A stretch of DNA of 64,000 nucleotides. It comes from Octopus sinensis (taxonomy: Eukaryota). The translations under genes were made by a program, and so were the position numbers. The notes under the pieces were generated by a model that was not told the DNA's origin, made no database searches, and saw only the letters and a program-made list of their open reading frames with translations. The stretch covers positions 108,376,001 to 108,440,000 of the forward strand of contig NC_042998.1 of assembly GCF_006345805.1 (NCBI RefSeq), in the 5' to 3' direction. Positions 25,879-41,512 of this stretch are shown here, one piece after another. Each line of letters opens with the position of its first letter. The stretch's first letter is position 1.

Positions 25879-27799
25879 TTGATATACACAAACACACACT
25901 AATATGGGAAAAAGAATGATAAACATAAGTTGCAATTTAATTTGCTCTCTTTACACAGATCAAATGGTTTCATATATTATCCTAGATTTTCTTACATTTC
26001 TCTGTGTATCATAAATGGTAATACTGTTAAGTACAGCTGTAATGACACCACTTCACTGGTTGTACATGCAAATGTATACATAAGACATACTACACGTACA
26101 TATACGCACACACACACACATACGCACACACAAACACAAACACACGAATATATATACGTACACAATCCCCCCCCCCCATAAACGGGTATTGAATAACTTA
26201 GAACTATCAGAAAAAAAGCTCTAAAATAATGATGTAATCCACTTTTCAGGCTATCTACAATCACACTAGTCACAGAATCATTCTTTAATCGGAAAAGAAA
26301 AACATGTTTGTCACAACATGATCATTACTGGATTTTCATAAATATTGCAGGATTCTCAGTATAAATATTATCAAAATATACTCCGTAAAATTCCGCGCAG
26401 GGTCTAATCGTAACCAATATGAAGTAAGCTACATTACACCTAACTTCATCACCATAACTGACAATTGCATTAACCGAAAGACATGCCTGGGGAAGCATCT
26501 TCCATTTAAATTTGTTGCTGGGAGTTTTCAACTTTTAGATGCTATGTGAAGCTCCATAACAACGTATCGTATAGTTTTTTCCATTTTATGAAAAGTAAAG
26601 AAATGCAATTTTAATCGTAGTTAGTCGAGATTTGATTTAGAACAATCTTAGTTTCACGGGAGCTTGCTACACAATAAATTTTAGATTACAAATGAAGTTT
26701 AATGTTATACAAAGAAATAATTTCTGCTATAACTGACACACATGAACATTGTAAACTATATACTCATTCTATTGCTTCAGTCTCAAGTTGAATTCCCAAT
26801 GTTGGTCAATTTGTCTCGACGTAAAATTAACGTCATCTGACAAAAATCCCAACAAAGATGACGTGGATCAGCCAAGCTTTACATGCTAGAAATAGCAACC
26901 TAAAGGCTTTTAAATCAGATCCCAATGTTGGATGTTCAAGAACCAAGTGAAGGGCGGGTTTTCAATCCCGAGACCCTCTTGATTCCAAGAAAGTATATGT
27001 CTATATAAAGCAAATGTAGACTGAGATACAGGGTTTCCTGACAAATAAATGTTCGTGTTTATTATTATAGAAGGCAAATAACATCGTAGAATGTTATAAA
27101 AGGGTGCTAATAACTTCACGTTTATGGTTCTCGACTACACAACACCGCTCGTCAGTTCCAAAGATTTTTGAAATTTTGTTGTTTGGCATCTGGAGATCAT
27201 CCATATGTAATCACATCTGATGAAGATACTTAGATAATATAAGGGATATTCTGGTAAGAGACATTACTGATTGCTTCAATATCTGGAAGTTCTCAGCCAC
27301 GCAAAGAAGATAGTTTCGTGATTCGTTAAAACACTGTATCGTTTTATCGATAATACTTCAAGTTATCAAAGATGAATGAGATCTTGAGTTTCTAGATAAA
27401 TTAGGATCGAAAGTAACGTTTTACTTACTCCTGGGCCTTATTAAAGGAATATATTGATAATAACGCTTCTTAAAACGGCTTGCAACTCGTCCCATGCAAT
27501 ATCTTTGAATGCCGTCCAGGGATGTTGTTGATGCTCGTGATGCAATTCCCATACAGAGAGATAGGTGGATTTCGACAGAAAATCGTAAAGTCCTCATTGT
27601 AATATAATGATTCATTATTATATTCATCATTTGTATACGAAATATAATGTGAATGATAAGATGCATAATTTAGGATTGTGAAACTCCGTGCAAAGATAGA
27701 GCGAATCCCTAACTGATTGCCTGTGAACCTAAAGTCAACACAGTATTGAGTGCTCTTTTTTCGTTTGCACATATAAACGAATATGCACGTACACACTAG

Positions 27800-27847
<48 letters not shown>

Positions 27848-28257
27848 ACACACACACACACACACGCACACACACTCACACACACTCACACTATCTCTCA
27901 TACACACACACATACATTTGCGAGTGTATGCCTCTGAGATGATCCAAGTACTAATGAAGTGGTAAAAAAAAAAAGATAGACTAGCTCTATTAGTTTATTT
28001 CCGCATTGTTGCTTTTAACTGAATCATATATTTCATAAATCGATTGGTTTTAGTCAGGAAAACATTGGTGGAAAGTGATTATTGTAGTCTGTGGCGTGGT
28101 TTAGAGGAACAGTATGAGGAGTAGAATGTTGGGGCGGAGAGGAAAGGAAACATAGGTAGTAACCAGGTGGTTAGGATTTCAGACACAACATAGAAGAGAA
28201 ATAAAGAAATAAATATCCATATTCTGACGACAGGTGTATGGGTATGGGTGTTTTGGT

Positions 28258-28316
<59 letters not shown>

Positions 28317-28671
28317 CACACTGAGTGAGGGTGAGAGCGAGAGATAGACAGAGAGTAGTATAGAGAAAAAATATCAAGGGGTGTTTATACGACTGACCAA
28401 TGTTTCAACAGGTTATGTTAATTTTCAGAAAGCCACCCTCTACAAACACTTGACTCTACACTCAATTTCTCCCGTACGCATGAGTTTTGTTGCATTTCTA
28501 CGAATCTGTATGGGATGAAATAAATGTTGTAAATGTAGTAATAAATCTGCAATTTGGCAATATACCAAACTGTCACTATAAAATTATTACAACATATTAC
28601 AACTTAATTTGCTACTAACTTGTGTGAATAATGTAGGTAAATCTCTTACTAATATTAATGTGTCTTTCTTC

Positions 28672-28800
28672 TGCCGAGGTCGACTTTGCTTTTCATCCTT
28701 TCGGGGGTCGATAACTTAAGTACCAGTTGCGTACTGAGGTCGATCTAATCCACTGGCCCCTTTCACTAAAATTTCGGGCCTTGTGCCTAAAGAAGAAAAG
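28672..28800 (+). mobile_element. tRNA-derived SINE family 2, partial copy
   Basis: ctgccgaggtcgactttgcttttcatcctttcggg.gtcgataa..taagtaccagttg, inverse orientation of 3523-3646. Confidence 0.7.
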
Positions 28801-28972
28801 AATATTCAGGTGTCTTTCTCTTCTTATATTTCTTTGCACTCCTCTAAATATTTGAATAACAACCTTTCTTTCTCTCTTCTCTCTTATTGGGTAAATTAGC
28901 AACAGACATACAAACAGAACTACGTAAACAGATAGATACTCACATTCACATATACATACATATACGTAAGTA

Positions 28973-29020
<48 letters not shown>

Positions 29021-29141
29021 ATATATGCAAGCATATATACGTACCTACATACATGCATACGTACGTACATACATACATACATACATACATATATACATAC
29101 ATACATACATGCATGCATACATACATACATACATACATACA

Positions 29142-29172
<31 letters not shown>

Positions 29173-29404
29173 TGAGTGTGCATTTGTAAAAATACATATG
29201 TATGTGTATCTTCATATTTATGTTGCAAGAATGTGTGCAGTGAAGTGTATGTCGGTTAATATATATGCAATCCAACTAGTTTATATTTCTGTGCATATAT
29301 ATATGTATGCTTATACACATGTATGTATGAACATCTCTTTTTCTCGCTCTTTCTCTCTCTATCCCCCTCTCTTTCTCCTCAGCTGTATTGCGTGCGTGCA
29401 TGTA

Positions 29405-29440
<36 letters not shown>

Positions 29441-30219
29441 TGTGTGTGTGTTGTTGTGATGTGTTTTAGCCAAGATACATGCTAGTTACACAATTATTCT
29501 TATATTAGTAGTTTGTATGTTCACATGAGGGTGAGTGTGTGTATATGTGTGTGTGTGAGAGAGAGAGTGACACAGAGAGAGAGAGAGAGAGAGAGAGTGA
29601 GAAAGAAAGCGAGATAGAAAGAGAGGGAGAGAGAGAAAGAGAGAGGAACGAGAGTGTTACTACTCAAGTGAATATCATGTAAAGCTATGCTAAACACGCA
29701 TTCGAGGAAGATGGATTTAGTTGGTTCGACAGGAAAGGAGAAAATAACCTTGGATATATTGATTAGACACAAGCAATATAGTCACGACGAAGGGAAGTAA
29801 CTCATGTGACACAGTCTCATAGCACTGGAATATATTTACTAAAAATTTACTTGAGGGTGATAACGAAACGATAATAATGACGATTATGATAAAGATTCGT
29901 AAAAAGTTACACATTTGGATGGGTAGAGGAAGACAATTTAAAAGATTAGGAAAAGATGAGATACAATGTCACCTCACCGGTCACTTGAATCCGAAAACAT
30001 AAATTCAACTTAATATAGACCTCCACTGTTTCGGCCACACTGCTATGTCATTAATAATTAAGATAATGATCAAGAATGGTACAGAACGATACAATGCAAT
30101 GTGGTGCTATATAAAAAGCGGGTAAACACTAAAATAGCAGAAACAAAGAAAAAATCAGAAACAAATAATTCATGAAAAAGAGGACACTTCCGAAAGCTGC
30201 TCGTGGAGATCCTATCACA

Positions 30220-31262
30220 CTACAATCACCTGACAACTCGAGCAATTGTACTCTTCCAACCCTCCTCCGTTAATCAATAGGCACACGCTAAGAACAGGCC
30301 CATATCTCGGATAATATTTTTCATTCTCATCTACCTTTCAAACAATTTACCGGGAGACAATATTTCGCTCTCCACCCCCTGTTTCCTTCTGAAGGGAAAG
30401 TTAATGAAGGCTTCGCCAAAGAGGAAAGGTATCTATCTTTAGCACTTTCAGTCTGGTACATCAGAGAACCATTTTCGTTAAGGCTACAAGGCATATAAAG
30501 ACTGCCTTTTCTTCTCAACAAAGGATGGAGTGGGGCGATCTTGACAATCGACACAGGTGATAGTAGAATATATTCTAGACGCGACAGCATTTGCTAGTCA
30601 TATCTCCATAAGTCAGCAATGAGCTCGGGTACTAAACGAGTGCCTGTTGAACAGTTTTGTCACTCTGCACATATTTCGGGCTGACGGCAATTTCCTGAAT
30701 ATAGCGTTTATCTCGAACCGGCCTGAAAGTCCTTCAGAACAGAGCAAACAGTTGATATCTGTTGATGTCCAAATTCTCGAGGAGAATGTTGTCTCATTTG
30801 CCCGCTACAAATCCCTAACAAACCCTTTATGCATCACTTGTATGATGTATCGAGTGAGGTGGATTGATCTATATATGATAGTGCATGTCCGTGCTTCACT
30901 TGTTAGGGTATCGTCGACATGCACAACCTTATCGCTAATACCTTGGCCAAAATCTCAAACTCTGAATTTAGGCCTAAAATTGTTGAAATCATCTCCCTTG
31001 TTCGAGTCCTTCCTCAGCAGCACTACTACGTCTCACTTCACAGGATAGGCAATTTTTCTGCTCTTCTGTCAGTTGGAATAGATATCTAGCAAGAGGTCCC
31101 CGGTCGAGTCTGGTCTATGAAGACATAAGTTATAGGCAGACCAAATAACTTTGGCGACTCCTCCCCCGTGTAACTACTCATCGCTTCCCTATTTATCTGT
31201 GTAACTGGATAATTTGAATTGTGGCGATTCTATGCTATTCCTATCTGCTGGCCTACAGAATA

Positions 31263-31325
<63 letters not shown>

Positions 31326-31850
31326 GATACAATCTGGATGAATCGATGCTGTTTGCCTATGTCCACATTAATGCATTCAAGATATCGAATCATACCCTGC
31401 CAGTCAGTTGGAAGCATATGAACAAGTTTACGAGGCTAGTTTATCCTTCTCTTATCAACTAACTGAGCACAACCGAAGACGGTGTACCACTCAACGACTA
31501 AAACTAAGTGTAGTCACCTGAAAAATTCCGGTTGCCGTGCTCCTCTCTACTGTTTACGTCTGGGGTAAATGACTCACTCCCCAGTTCCAGGAAGAATGGC
31601 TTAATCTTGAAATCAAGACTTTTACCAAACGACAATGTCACTCCACCTCCAATTTCGGGTCAGTTCAGGGATCCGTAGTCATTAAAGAAATGGGCACCAG
31701 AGCACGTATGTCGGAAATCCTTGAGTCGTCGATGGCTATCACACCCATAGCTAATGGCCTAATGTCATTGAACAGGCACCCCTGCTAGTCAGGTGACCCT
31801 AGACCGTGTCTGTTCATGAAACCCACTCTTAAAGGTGTGATATTAGTAGG
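30220..31850 (-). mobile_element. Tx1/L1-like LINE remnant (APE endonuclease and RT fragments)
   Basis: Minus strand: NDIRPLAMGVIAIDDSRISDIRAL (endonuclease N-terminus-like) and VVVLLRKDSNKGDDFNNFRP..FEILAKVLA (RT domains 1-2); many stops; microsatellite at about 31262-31322. Confidence 0.75.
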
Positions 31851-32482
31851 AACGAAAGAAAGAATAGAGGAAGCCATCTACTTCAATGGTTTTTCTGTAA
31901 GCAATCAAGTATATTAAAATCTCTTTTGTGTGTGGGTTTCATGGGGAAAATCTGAAGTAGCCTTTAGAGGTGTTGGCGCTTGGGTTTCCAACGTTATATG
32001 AAAGACTCTCTCTCATTTTCCTTCATCTCTCTATTGACAGCCCTCAGAGACATTCACACTGTACATTTTGCAGTCTCTATGTCTCTAGTTTGTGCTATAT
32101 GAGATAGTCATATATCTTTTTTCCTTACTGTCACAAAGTTAGATGTTAGTGTAATTCGTCGTTGTTGCAGAGGGAGTTGCTGTGTATATTGTTGATGTTC
32201 TTGTTCTAGTTGTTGTTGGTTTTGTGCGTTTGCAGGTTTTTTTTTTGTTTTGTTTTCTAGCCTCCTTCTTCCTGTTGCAACGTGAAACTGTCGGGTCGGA
32301 ATACTCCGGCTCAGGTTGGGACTTGGAATGCTTTATTGCGTGTGAATGATTGTTTGTGCATGTCGGAAGGAGGAGAATACCAAAAAGAAGAGGGATAGAG
32401 AGAAAGAAAGGGAGAAAGTGTGAGAGAGGGAGAGAACGAGAGAGAGGGATCGCGAGAAAGTGAAAGAGAAAGACAGCGAGAA

Positions 32483-32517
<35 letters not shown>

Positions 32518-32945
32518 TGATTTGGAATATCCCCTGGGTGACGATTATTTTGTCATAGTTATTATTTTCCATTATTTCTGTTGCTATTGCTAACGTCTTA
32601 CTGCAGTAAAACTGTAGACATTGAATGGAAATGTCAACATTTAGCTCAGAATGAATATAAAAGTGTAGGCATGCTAATTTTGCTACAATAATTTACTGCA
32701 AAATTTACAATAAATTTGAGTTTTGCATGCCCAGATAAAAGAAGCTATAATTATATGTAGGAAACAGAAATACAAGATCTGGAAAACGATAGTGAGGCTG
32801 TTGCGGGACTTCCTATACGAACCAAAAGAAGAATAGAATGCAATAAGGGGGATATTATAGTTGATGACAAGAAGAAACTATGTATTTTAATCGATGTGGC
32901 ACCCATCTGACATCAGAGTAAACAGAAAGAAGAAAAAAAATTATA

Positions 32946-34374
32946 TCAGGTTGAGTAAAAAGTAAGCAACGTTTTGAACCATAAAGAATTTGTACCGATT
33001 TTTGCAGAGTGTTGTTTTTAAATATAGTTTTGAAATTGTCTGATAATACAGACATAGACTTACCAAAATGCATCAATAAATTAACATTGTTACTTTTTTC
33101 ACCCTTGTTACAATCATCTGAAATGGAACTGTTAAAGCGCGATATTCGAGCAATTTGGCTATTCAACTTCAAAAAAGTGCTTAACCTGAAGTATTTTGCA
33201 ACACATTCCTGTGCATTCTGATTTCAAATCCAGCCAGGGTCAACATTCTGCCTTTCTTCCTTCTGGAGGTGATGTGCCAATAAATCAAAGTACCAATTAA
33301 CTACTGGTGGTCGGTCGATATATTCAGCTGCTCCATCTCACAAGAATTTCTGATCTTGTAGCTTTTGTAAAACAGCTAAAACTACTCGTGATATCAACAA
33401 AACGTTTGATGAGGAAATGACCAGTGAGTGGTCAGCTCGAAAATAATTTAAACAATTTCGCAGTGGAGACCTGACTCTTGAAGATCGTCATTGATGACAG
33501 TCAATTAAAGACCGTCATTGAGAAAAATCCACGTAAAACCACTCAAGAACTGGCAAAAGAACTTTTAGTTAGTCAGAAAACTGCCTGCAACCATTTGCAT
33601 GCGACCGGAAAATAAAAATGCTCGACAAATGTGTACCACACGAATTGAATGAAAATCAGAAAATGCGCAGATATAAAATTTGCTCGTCGCTCCTTTTCCG
33701 TTACCAAAACGATCCATTTCTCGGTTGTATTTTAACTTGCGATGGAAAGTGGATTCTGTACAATCATTAAAAAAAAAAAAAAACGTTCTTCGCAGTGGTT
33801 GGACCAAAATGAAGTACCGAAAACTTTACCTAAACCCGAGCTCTTCAAAAAAAGGTTATGGTGACTGTTTGGTGGTGTACTGCTGGACTCATCCACTATA
33901 ACTTCTTAAAACCCAGAAAAATTATTACTGCAGAAATTGCCAAAATAAACGAAACACTGCTCCTCTTCCGTTCCAGACTGGTCAACAGAAGAGGGCCGAT
34001 CATTCTTCATTACAATGCTCGACAGCACATTTCACTAATGACGCTCCAGAAGTTAAGGGAACTTGGCTACGAAGTTCTTCCCCACCCAGCTTATTCTCCA
34101 GACCTTTCTCCTACCGACTACAACTGTTTCAAGCACCGTGATGGTTTCCTGCGAGAGGAGTTAAAAAATCAAATCGATGCTGAAAGTGCGTTCAAAGAGT
34201 TCACCTGCTCCAGAACTCCAGATTTTTATGTTACCAAAATAAACTTGTAACTCATTAGCAAAAATGCGATGAATGTGATGGTACTTACTTTGATGAATAA
34301 AATTTCCGCATTGTTGAAATATATTGTGATGAATTTCATGTTTCAAAACGTTGCTTACTTTTAACTCAGCTTGA
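32946..34374 (+). mobile_element. Mariner (D34D-type) transposon, disrupted, with internal SINE-like insertion (about 33184-33370)
   Basis: TIRs tcaggttgagtaaaaagtaagcaacgttttgaa / ttcaaaacgttgcttacttttaactcagcttga with TA flanks; MELLKRDIRAIWLFNFKK, CDGKWILY, HYNARQH..HPAYSPDLSPTDY. Confidence 0.92.
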
Positions 34375-35084
34375 TAATACTGACTTCAAGTAAGAAATCC
34401 TGAAGTGCTGGTGCAGAAAATCAACGCAGTCATGATACTGCTGATCTTCAAAACTTTGATCTTAACATCGGAATAGGTGCAGTGCAAATGTTTACTCCGT
34501 TCAACAAGAATTATCCAAGAAATCCTTAATCCAAAGTGCGTAGAGAAGATATGACGAGCAGGAAAGGAAAAAGTTTATACAAAACGTATAAAATGTTTCC
34601 CATCCTAGATCTCGAATTGTGGTTCGATGAATAAACCATGTCCATGAAATAACAAAGCAGAACATCAATAACAAAAAACAATAATAATAATGAAAGACTG
34701 TAGTTATTATTTCTGTTATTTGCCACAAGGGACCAATATATTCAGGACAGTATAAAGGCGAAATGCATACGAAATAACGGACAATGACCCGAAATATTTA
34801 CATCGAATAAAACGATGAGATCAACAATAGCAATAAAGACACATTAGTAGATGATAACTAGAACTAATATTGCAAAACAAATAATGATAAAAAATCGACT
34901 ACACCATGCAAGGACTCTAATCTGGAGAAGAAAGAAAAGTCAATTTAATCGATTCCAGAACTAGACTCTTAATTTATGTTATTGATTCGGGAAAGAGTCA
35001 AAGATAGAGTAAACCTCAATGGGATTTAAATTAAGAACGCTGTTAGTTGTAAACGAATTTTGCAACGCATTTTCTTCCGCGCTA

Positions 35085-35088
35085 ATTC

Positions 35089-35127
<39 letters not shown>

Positions 35128-35181
35128 TAATAATAATGATGATGATGATGATGATAATATTAATAATAACAATAATAATAA

Positions 35182-35237
<56 letters not shown>

Positions 35238-35457
35238 TAATAATAATAATAATAATAATTATAGTAATGATGATGATGATGATGATGATTATGTTGATGA
35301 TGATGATGATGATAATAATAATAATAATAATAATAAAAATAAAATAATAATAATAATAGTAATGATGATGATGATGATGATGATTATGTTGATGATGATG
35401 ATGATGATTATGTTGATGATGATGATGATGATGATAATAATAATAATAATAAAAATA

Positions 35458-35550
<93 letters not shown>

Positions 35551-35554
35551 AATG

Positions 35555-35612
<58 letters not shown>
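35085..35612. repeat. (AAT)n/(GAT)n compound microsatellite
   Basis: Direct reading; start of an AAT-rich block extending to about 42700. Confidence 0.95.
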
Positions 35613-35614
<2 letters not shown>

Positions 35615-36171
35615 GCCCTGATGCAGTACCTGACAGTGACTCTCGTGGCTTCTGATCTTAACTGATTGGAAGTGTTATCATGTACATTGTTTTGTCTTGG
35701 TATAAAAGATGGGCTACAGAAAATATTTTGTTCAATGCCACAGATTTGCTTGTGACTTGTTTGACCATAACCAGTTGAGCATGTATCTTAGTGGCTGACG
35801 ATATGTGTACCACTGATCACGTGCAGAAGTAGTGGCGGAGCATCATAGCCATGTTGTGAGGGGGATTCTTTGGGGTTTGAATAATTCACCTCTGGAAATA
35901 TGGGTGTTTCGTTCAACGTCCTTAAATAACCCTTATTCAGGGACCTTTTGAGGGGGATGCGTTACTCGACCAGAAGAAAATTCTTACTGGGCCCCACCTG
36001 CAAGGTCATGTGCTGTTTATCTTGATATGAGATCACCATGTCGCGCACATATGGTTGTGATGCATGTGGCTAGTGTACCGTTATCAGACACGTAGTCATG
36101 ATAGGTATACTGGGCTTCGTATATTGTACCCCAGTGTCACTTTAATGGCATGCACTGCTCTCTCTCACTCG
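35613..36171 (+). mobile_element. Non-coding AAT-anchored element of about 560 bp, copy 1
   Basis: atgccctgatgcagtacc...gcatgcactgctctctctcactc with (AAT)n on both sides; seven copies in the window. Orientation inferred from truncation pattern. Confidence 0.85.
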
Positions 36172-36651
<480 letters not shown>

Positions 36652-36858
36652 CCTTTCTACTAAAGACACAAAGCCTGAAATTTGGGGAAGGGGATAGTCG
36701 ATTACATCACCCCCAGTACTCAACTGGTACTTATTTTATCGAAACCTTAAGGATGAATGACAAAGTCGATATCGGTAGACTTTGAACTCAACGTAAAGAC
36801 GGACGAATACTGCGAAGCATTTCTCACGGTGCGCTAACGATTCTGTCAGTTCACTGCG
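36652..36858 (-). mobile_element. tRNA-derived SINE family 2, near full length
   Basis: Minus strand begins with A-box-like TGACAGAATCG and B-box-like GAGTTCAAAGT, then the shared central domain. Confidence 0.75.
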
Positions 36859-36929
36859 TTGATGATGACAATAACAACAGCAACAGCAGTAGCAGCAACA
36901 ACAACAACACATCACTACTACTACTACTA

Positions 36930-36980
<51 letters not shown>

Positions 36981-36982
<2 letters not shown>

Positions 36983-37488
36983 ACTGATTGGAAGTGTTAT
37001 CATGTACATGTTTTGATTTGATATAAAAGATGGGCATCAGCAAAAGTTGTTCTCAGTACCACAGATTTGTTTGTCAGTTGTTTGACCTTAACCAGTTGAG
37101 CATGTACCTTGGTGGCTGACAATATGTGCACCACTGATCACGATCAAGAGTACTGGGGAGAACCATAGTCATGTGTTGAGATGATTTTGGGGGTGGGGGT
37201 GTTGAAAAATTCACCTCAGGAAACATGAGTATTTCGTTCATCATCCTTAAACAAACATTATTCAGCGACCTTTTTTGAGCGGGATGGGCTACTCGACCTG
37301 AAAAAAATTCTAACTTGGCTCCATCTACTAGGTCATCCGCTGTTTATCTTGATATGATATCACCATGTCGCGTATATATGGTTGTGATGCATGTGCCTGG
37401 TGAATCCTTATCAGACGAGTAGTCATGATAGATATATTGGACTTCGTATATTTGTGCCCCAGTGTCACTTTGATGGCATGCGCTGCTC
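36981..37488 (+). mobile_element. AAT-anchored element, copy 2 (truncated)
   Basis: Starts at taactgattggaagtg; joined directly to an R4/Dong-like fragment. Confidence 0.8.
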
Positions 37489-38605
37489 TAAGAGAAAAAA
37501 ATTATAGAGCAACTGATGGTAGAATATTTCCAAAGACTAAGATTGGTGTTGCTCTAAAAATTGACCGGATGGAGTAAAATCCAAGCAGTTAATACATGGC
37601 CGATAGCATCACTTCCGTTTGGACCTGGAATTGTAAAATGACAAAAGAAAGGAATGATGAAGACAAGAAAAATGTTGACAGTGCATGGAGCCTTTCACTC
37701 TAAGAGTGACGCCGATAGGCTGTACTTGTCCAGAAAAAAGTGTAGGAAAAGTTTAATCTGTTGCCAGGATTGTATAGGAGAGGAGAACAGCTCATGGTGG
37801 TATGTAAGAAATACCGTGGAACCATTGTTGAAACATAAAGAAGGCCGGCGTCATTAAAACTAATAATTATGTAAGAAAGAAAAACTTAAACAGGAAAGGA
37901 ACACAAACGAAGAAACAGCATGGAAGGAGAAAAATGTACGGTAAATTTGCAAGAGATACGAACGCCAAGACTGGTGGCTATGGATGAAGAGGAGTGACCT
38001 GAAGATAGAGACATAAGCATTTATATGCGCAGCTCAAGAACAAGCGTTAAAGACTATATGAAGTGCAGAATCGATAACACTATTGACAGTGACAAATGCA
38101 GAATATGTGGTGAGAGGGGTGAAACGATATGGCACATCGTTAGCGAATGCCCGAAATTGGCACAAAGCGACATAACAATGTGGCAAGAACGATCCATTGG
38201 GAGCTCTGTGGAAATCACGTCCTACAAAGAGCAAAGACGTGGTATGAGCAAACCCTAGAGAGAGAGTCACCGAGAATGAAGATTGCAAAACCCTGTGGGA
38301 TGCAATGATTCAGTACAATCACCTGACCAGATATCGAACATTGGACATTGTTATGGTGAAAAAAAAGGATATGCATGATAATCGACATAGTATGTCCCAA
38401 TCACAACAAAATCAAAGAGAAAGAAGAAAAACTGAACAACTATGACGAATTGAAGTTGGGAATACGAAGGTTGTTATCAATGAGGATAGTAGACGTGATA
38501 CCAATAGAAATTAGCACACTTGGAAGTATCAGCACTCAACTACCAGAATGGCTCTCAAATATTGGTACAAACGTATAGGTAGAATACCTACAAAAATCAG
38601 TATCA
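37489..38605 (+). mobile_element. R4/Dong-like fragment (post-RT, CCHC, RLE)
   Basis: KTRKMLTVHGAFHSKSDADRLYLSRK, KCRICGERGETIWHIVSECPKLAQ, MIIDIVCPNHNKIKEKEEKLNNY; frameshifted. Confidence 0.85.
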
Positions 38606-39770
38606 CAGTAGTTCGGTATGGCGCGGGAATCTTGAAGTGGACAGAAGAGGAGCTAAGAAAATGGACAGGAGGTCAAGGAAGCTCTTAACGATGTATGGAG
38701 CCCATCATATATGTACAGACACTGATCGGCTATACATGAAGAGAGCAAATGGAGGAAGGTGGCTGATAAGTGTGGAAGATTGTGTGCGTATCTAACTCGA
38801 GAGATATCTAGCCCAAAGTAAGGAAACCTTGCTAGTAACAGTTAGGAACGAGGGAGTATTGAGAACAGAGAAAAAAGGGAAAACAAAGGAAGAAATGCAA
38901 AAAGGACATGAAGAAGAATTACGAAAGAAGGTACTACACAATCGACTGCATGTAACCACAACAGAAGTTGCTGGAAAAAATAGGTGGGATTGGCTGATGA
39001 AAGGAACCCTATAAAAAGAAACCGGGAGCACTAAGCTGGCAGCGAAAGACCAAGCTTTGGCCACAAACTGGAAGGTCAACATTAGGAATGAACAAGTGTC
39101 TCCGCTGTGCCGCATCTGCAATAGATGGATGGAACCATTTCCAATATCACGAACGAATGCCCTAGACCTACCCAAAACCACTACATGTTGTGGCGACACG
39201 ACCAGGTAGCGTAAGCGCTATATTGGAAACTGTGAAAAGTGTTGGCTAGAAAGAGGCAAGACATGGTATGAGCACAAACCGCAGAGAGTGGCGGATTCCG
39301 AGATTGGCAAAATCCTCTGGGATTTCCCAATCCAAACAGATCAGGTGCTAGAGCGTAGCTGACTGGACCTAGTGGTGGTGGGCAAGATGCACCACATATG
39401 CTGTACAGTTGATGTTGCATGTCCCTTTCACCCACGAATAGTCAAGAAGGAAGGCGAAAAGTTAGATAGATACAACCTTCTTAAGTACGAAATAGACCGG
39501 CTGAGGAAAATGAAGAAGGTGAAGATAGTGTCAATTATTGTTGGGTACTTGGGAACAATATCAGAAGGCATGAAGATTAATATAAAGGAAATTGGAATAG
39601 AGTGCCCAGCAGAACTGTTACAAAAAGTTTGCCTCCAGAATAATCAAGAAAGTATTAGATAGCTGAAAAGAACGGTTAGCATAGTACAGGTGGTAAGCCC
39701 GCTACGCATGCAAGACTCCAGGAGCTCCAACAAAATGATGAAAAAGAATAATACAAGTTGTTCTAGGTAA
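38606..39770 (+). mobile_element. R4/Dong-like fragment, diverged subfamily
   Basis: VVRYGAGILKWTEEEL, TDRLYMKRANGGRWLISVEDC, PLCRICN, VDVACPFHPRIVKKEGEKLDRY..VSIIVGYLG. Confidence 0.85.
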
Positions 39771-39823
39771 GATAATAATAATAATATTAGTATGATGATG
39801 ATGACAACGACAACAACAACAGC

Positions 39824-39883
<60 letters not shown>

Positions 39884-39899
39884 TATTATTATTATTATT

Positions 39900-40855
39900 A
39901 TTAGACATCTGGTAGTAGAAGAGTAATTAGTATAGACCATTGTATAAGGAGTGAAAGGAGAACGCTTGCAGAGTATTTGATAAATAGTGATGAAAGGCAA
40001 ATGCAATGTTGGGCAAGGAAGAGCTTAACCAAAGAGCTGAGAAGAAGAGAAAAGAAGACCTTATTGAAATGAGAACGCACGGTTGGTTTGAAAGGAATAC
40101 ACAAGAAGTTAAGGATAATATGGCATCGTGGGTATGGCTCGAGCGAGGTGATTTGAGGCGTACCACGAAAGCCTGATTATTGCAGCACAAGACAAGGTTT
40201 TCGCTACCAATTCAGTGAAGTATAACATCTATAAAACTTCTGACACCCAGAAATGCAGACTCTGTGGAAAGAGTGGGGAAAATGTGACCCACTTGGTAAG
40301 TGGATGTAAGAGGCTTGCACAAAAAGAATAGAAGCGCCGCCACGGTAAAGTATGTGTGTATCTTCATTGGCTCTTATGCCGTAAATACCAATATGAAGTA
40401 ACAGAGAACTGGTATGAGAATATATCAAGTAAAGCTATGCAGGAGTATGGAAAAGTAGCGATACACGGGGACTATGATTTTCAGACGGATCGTGTAATCA
40501 AACACCACCGGCCGGATATTGTCATATTGAAGAAAAGAAACATACCGTCAGATCATTGATGTAGCCATACCAAATGACGTGAATGTTGTAAGAGGTTGAA
40601 AAAATCACAAAGTTCTCTAAATTGAAAGTGGAAATGGCAAGACTGTATGGATTGCGAGAGGGTAACGTAAAAGTGATACCCGTAGTTATCGGAGTGTGTC
40701 GATTCAATCCCATTAAAACTTGATGTCTTGCAAAAAGCAGTGTTATTGGGCACAGTAAACATCTTAAGGAAAGTATTATCTGTCTGAGGTCCTTGTTGTG
40801 ACTTGACAGATGACTAAAGACTCCAGTACATTTTTACCTACACTGTGTTACGAAG

Positions 40856-40857
<2 letters not shown>
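39900..40857 (+). mobile_element. R4/Dong-like fragment, third subfamily
   Basis: KCRLCGKSGENVTHLVSGCKRLAQ, DYDFQTDRVIKHHRPDIVIL, IDVAIPND; 3' UTR ends in (AAT)n. Confidence 0.85.
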
Positions 40858-40924
<67 letters not shown>

Positions 40925-40925
40925 C

Positions 40926-41004
<79 letters not shown>

Positions 41005-41454
41005 CATAATAACAACAACTAAAAATAGAACAAGGTCAGCCGCTCATTGATCGCTAGTAGTAGTAAACACATTTGACCCCTGCTGACCCCAAGGGTGTGA
41101 GGCCGTTTTTGTTTCCTTATCTCACAGGAATACCCATTGCTGATCTGTTCACCATCTGCAGAATTTATTTACAGGCCTGTGGAATTTAATCTATTCACCA
41201 AGTTGTCTCACATGCTCCTACTATTCCCTTAAACCCTCACATATTTATGATTAACTCAAGTACAAGAAAAAAGTTGAGACTAAATATTCAATAATACCTT
41301 TTAATAATAAATGGAAATAATAATAATGATGGTAATAATGGAGATGGTGCTAATAATGATAATAATAATAATTTAGCCAACACTCATGTCGGATCAGAGG
41401 AAATATTAACAGTGACAAATAGTAGTAAAGAATGAAAATAACAATATCAGTGAC

Positions 41455-41509
<55 letters not shown>

Positions 41510-41512
<3 letters not shown>

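Noticed and set aside
27421-27740. Possible minus-strand exon ending at a GTAAGT donor-like site near 27430
   Set aside because: No recognisable protein motif, weak acceptor, no partner exons; needs RNA-seq or BLASTx.
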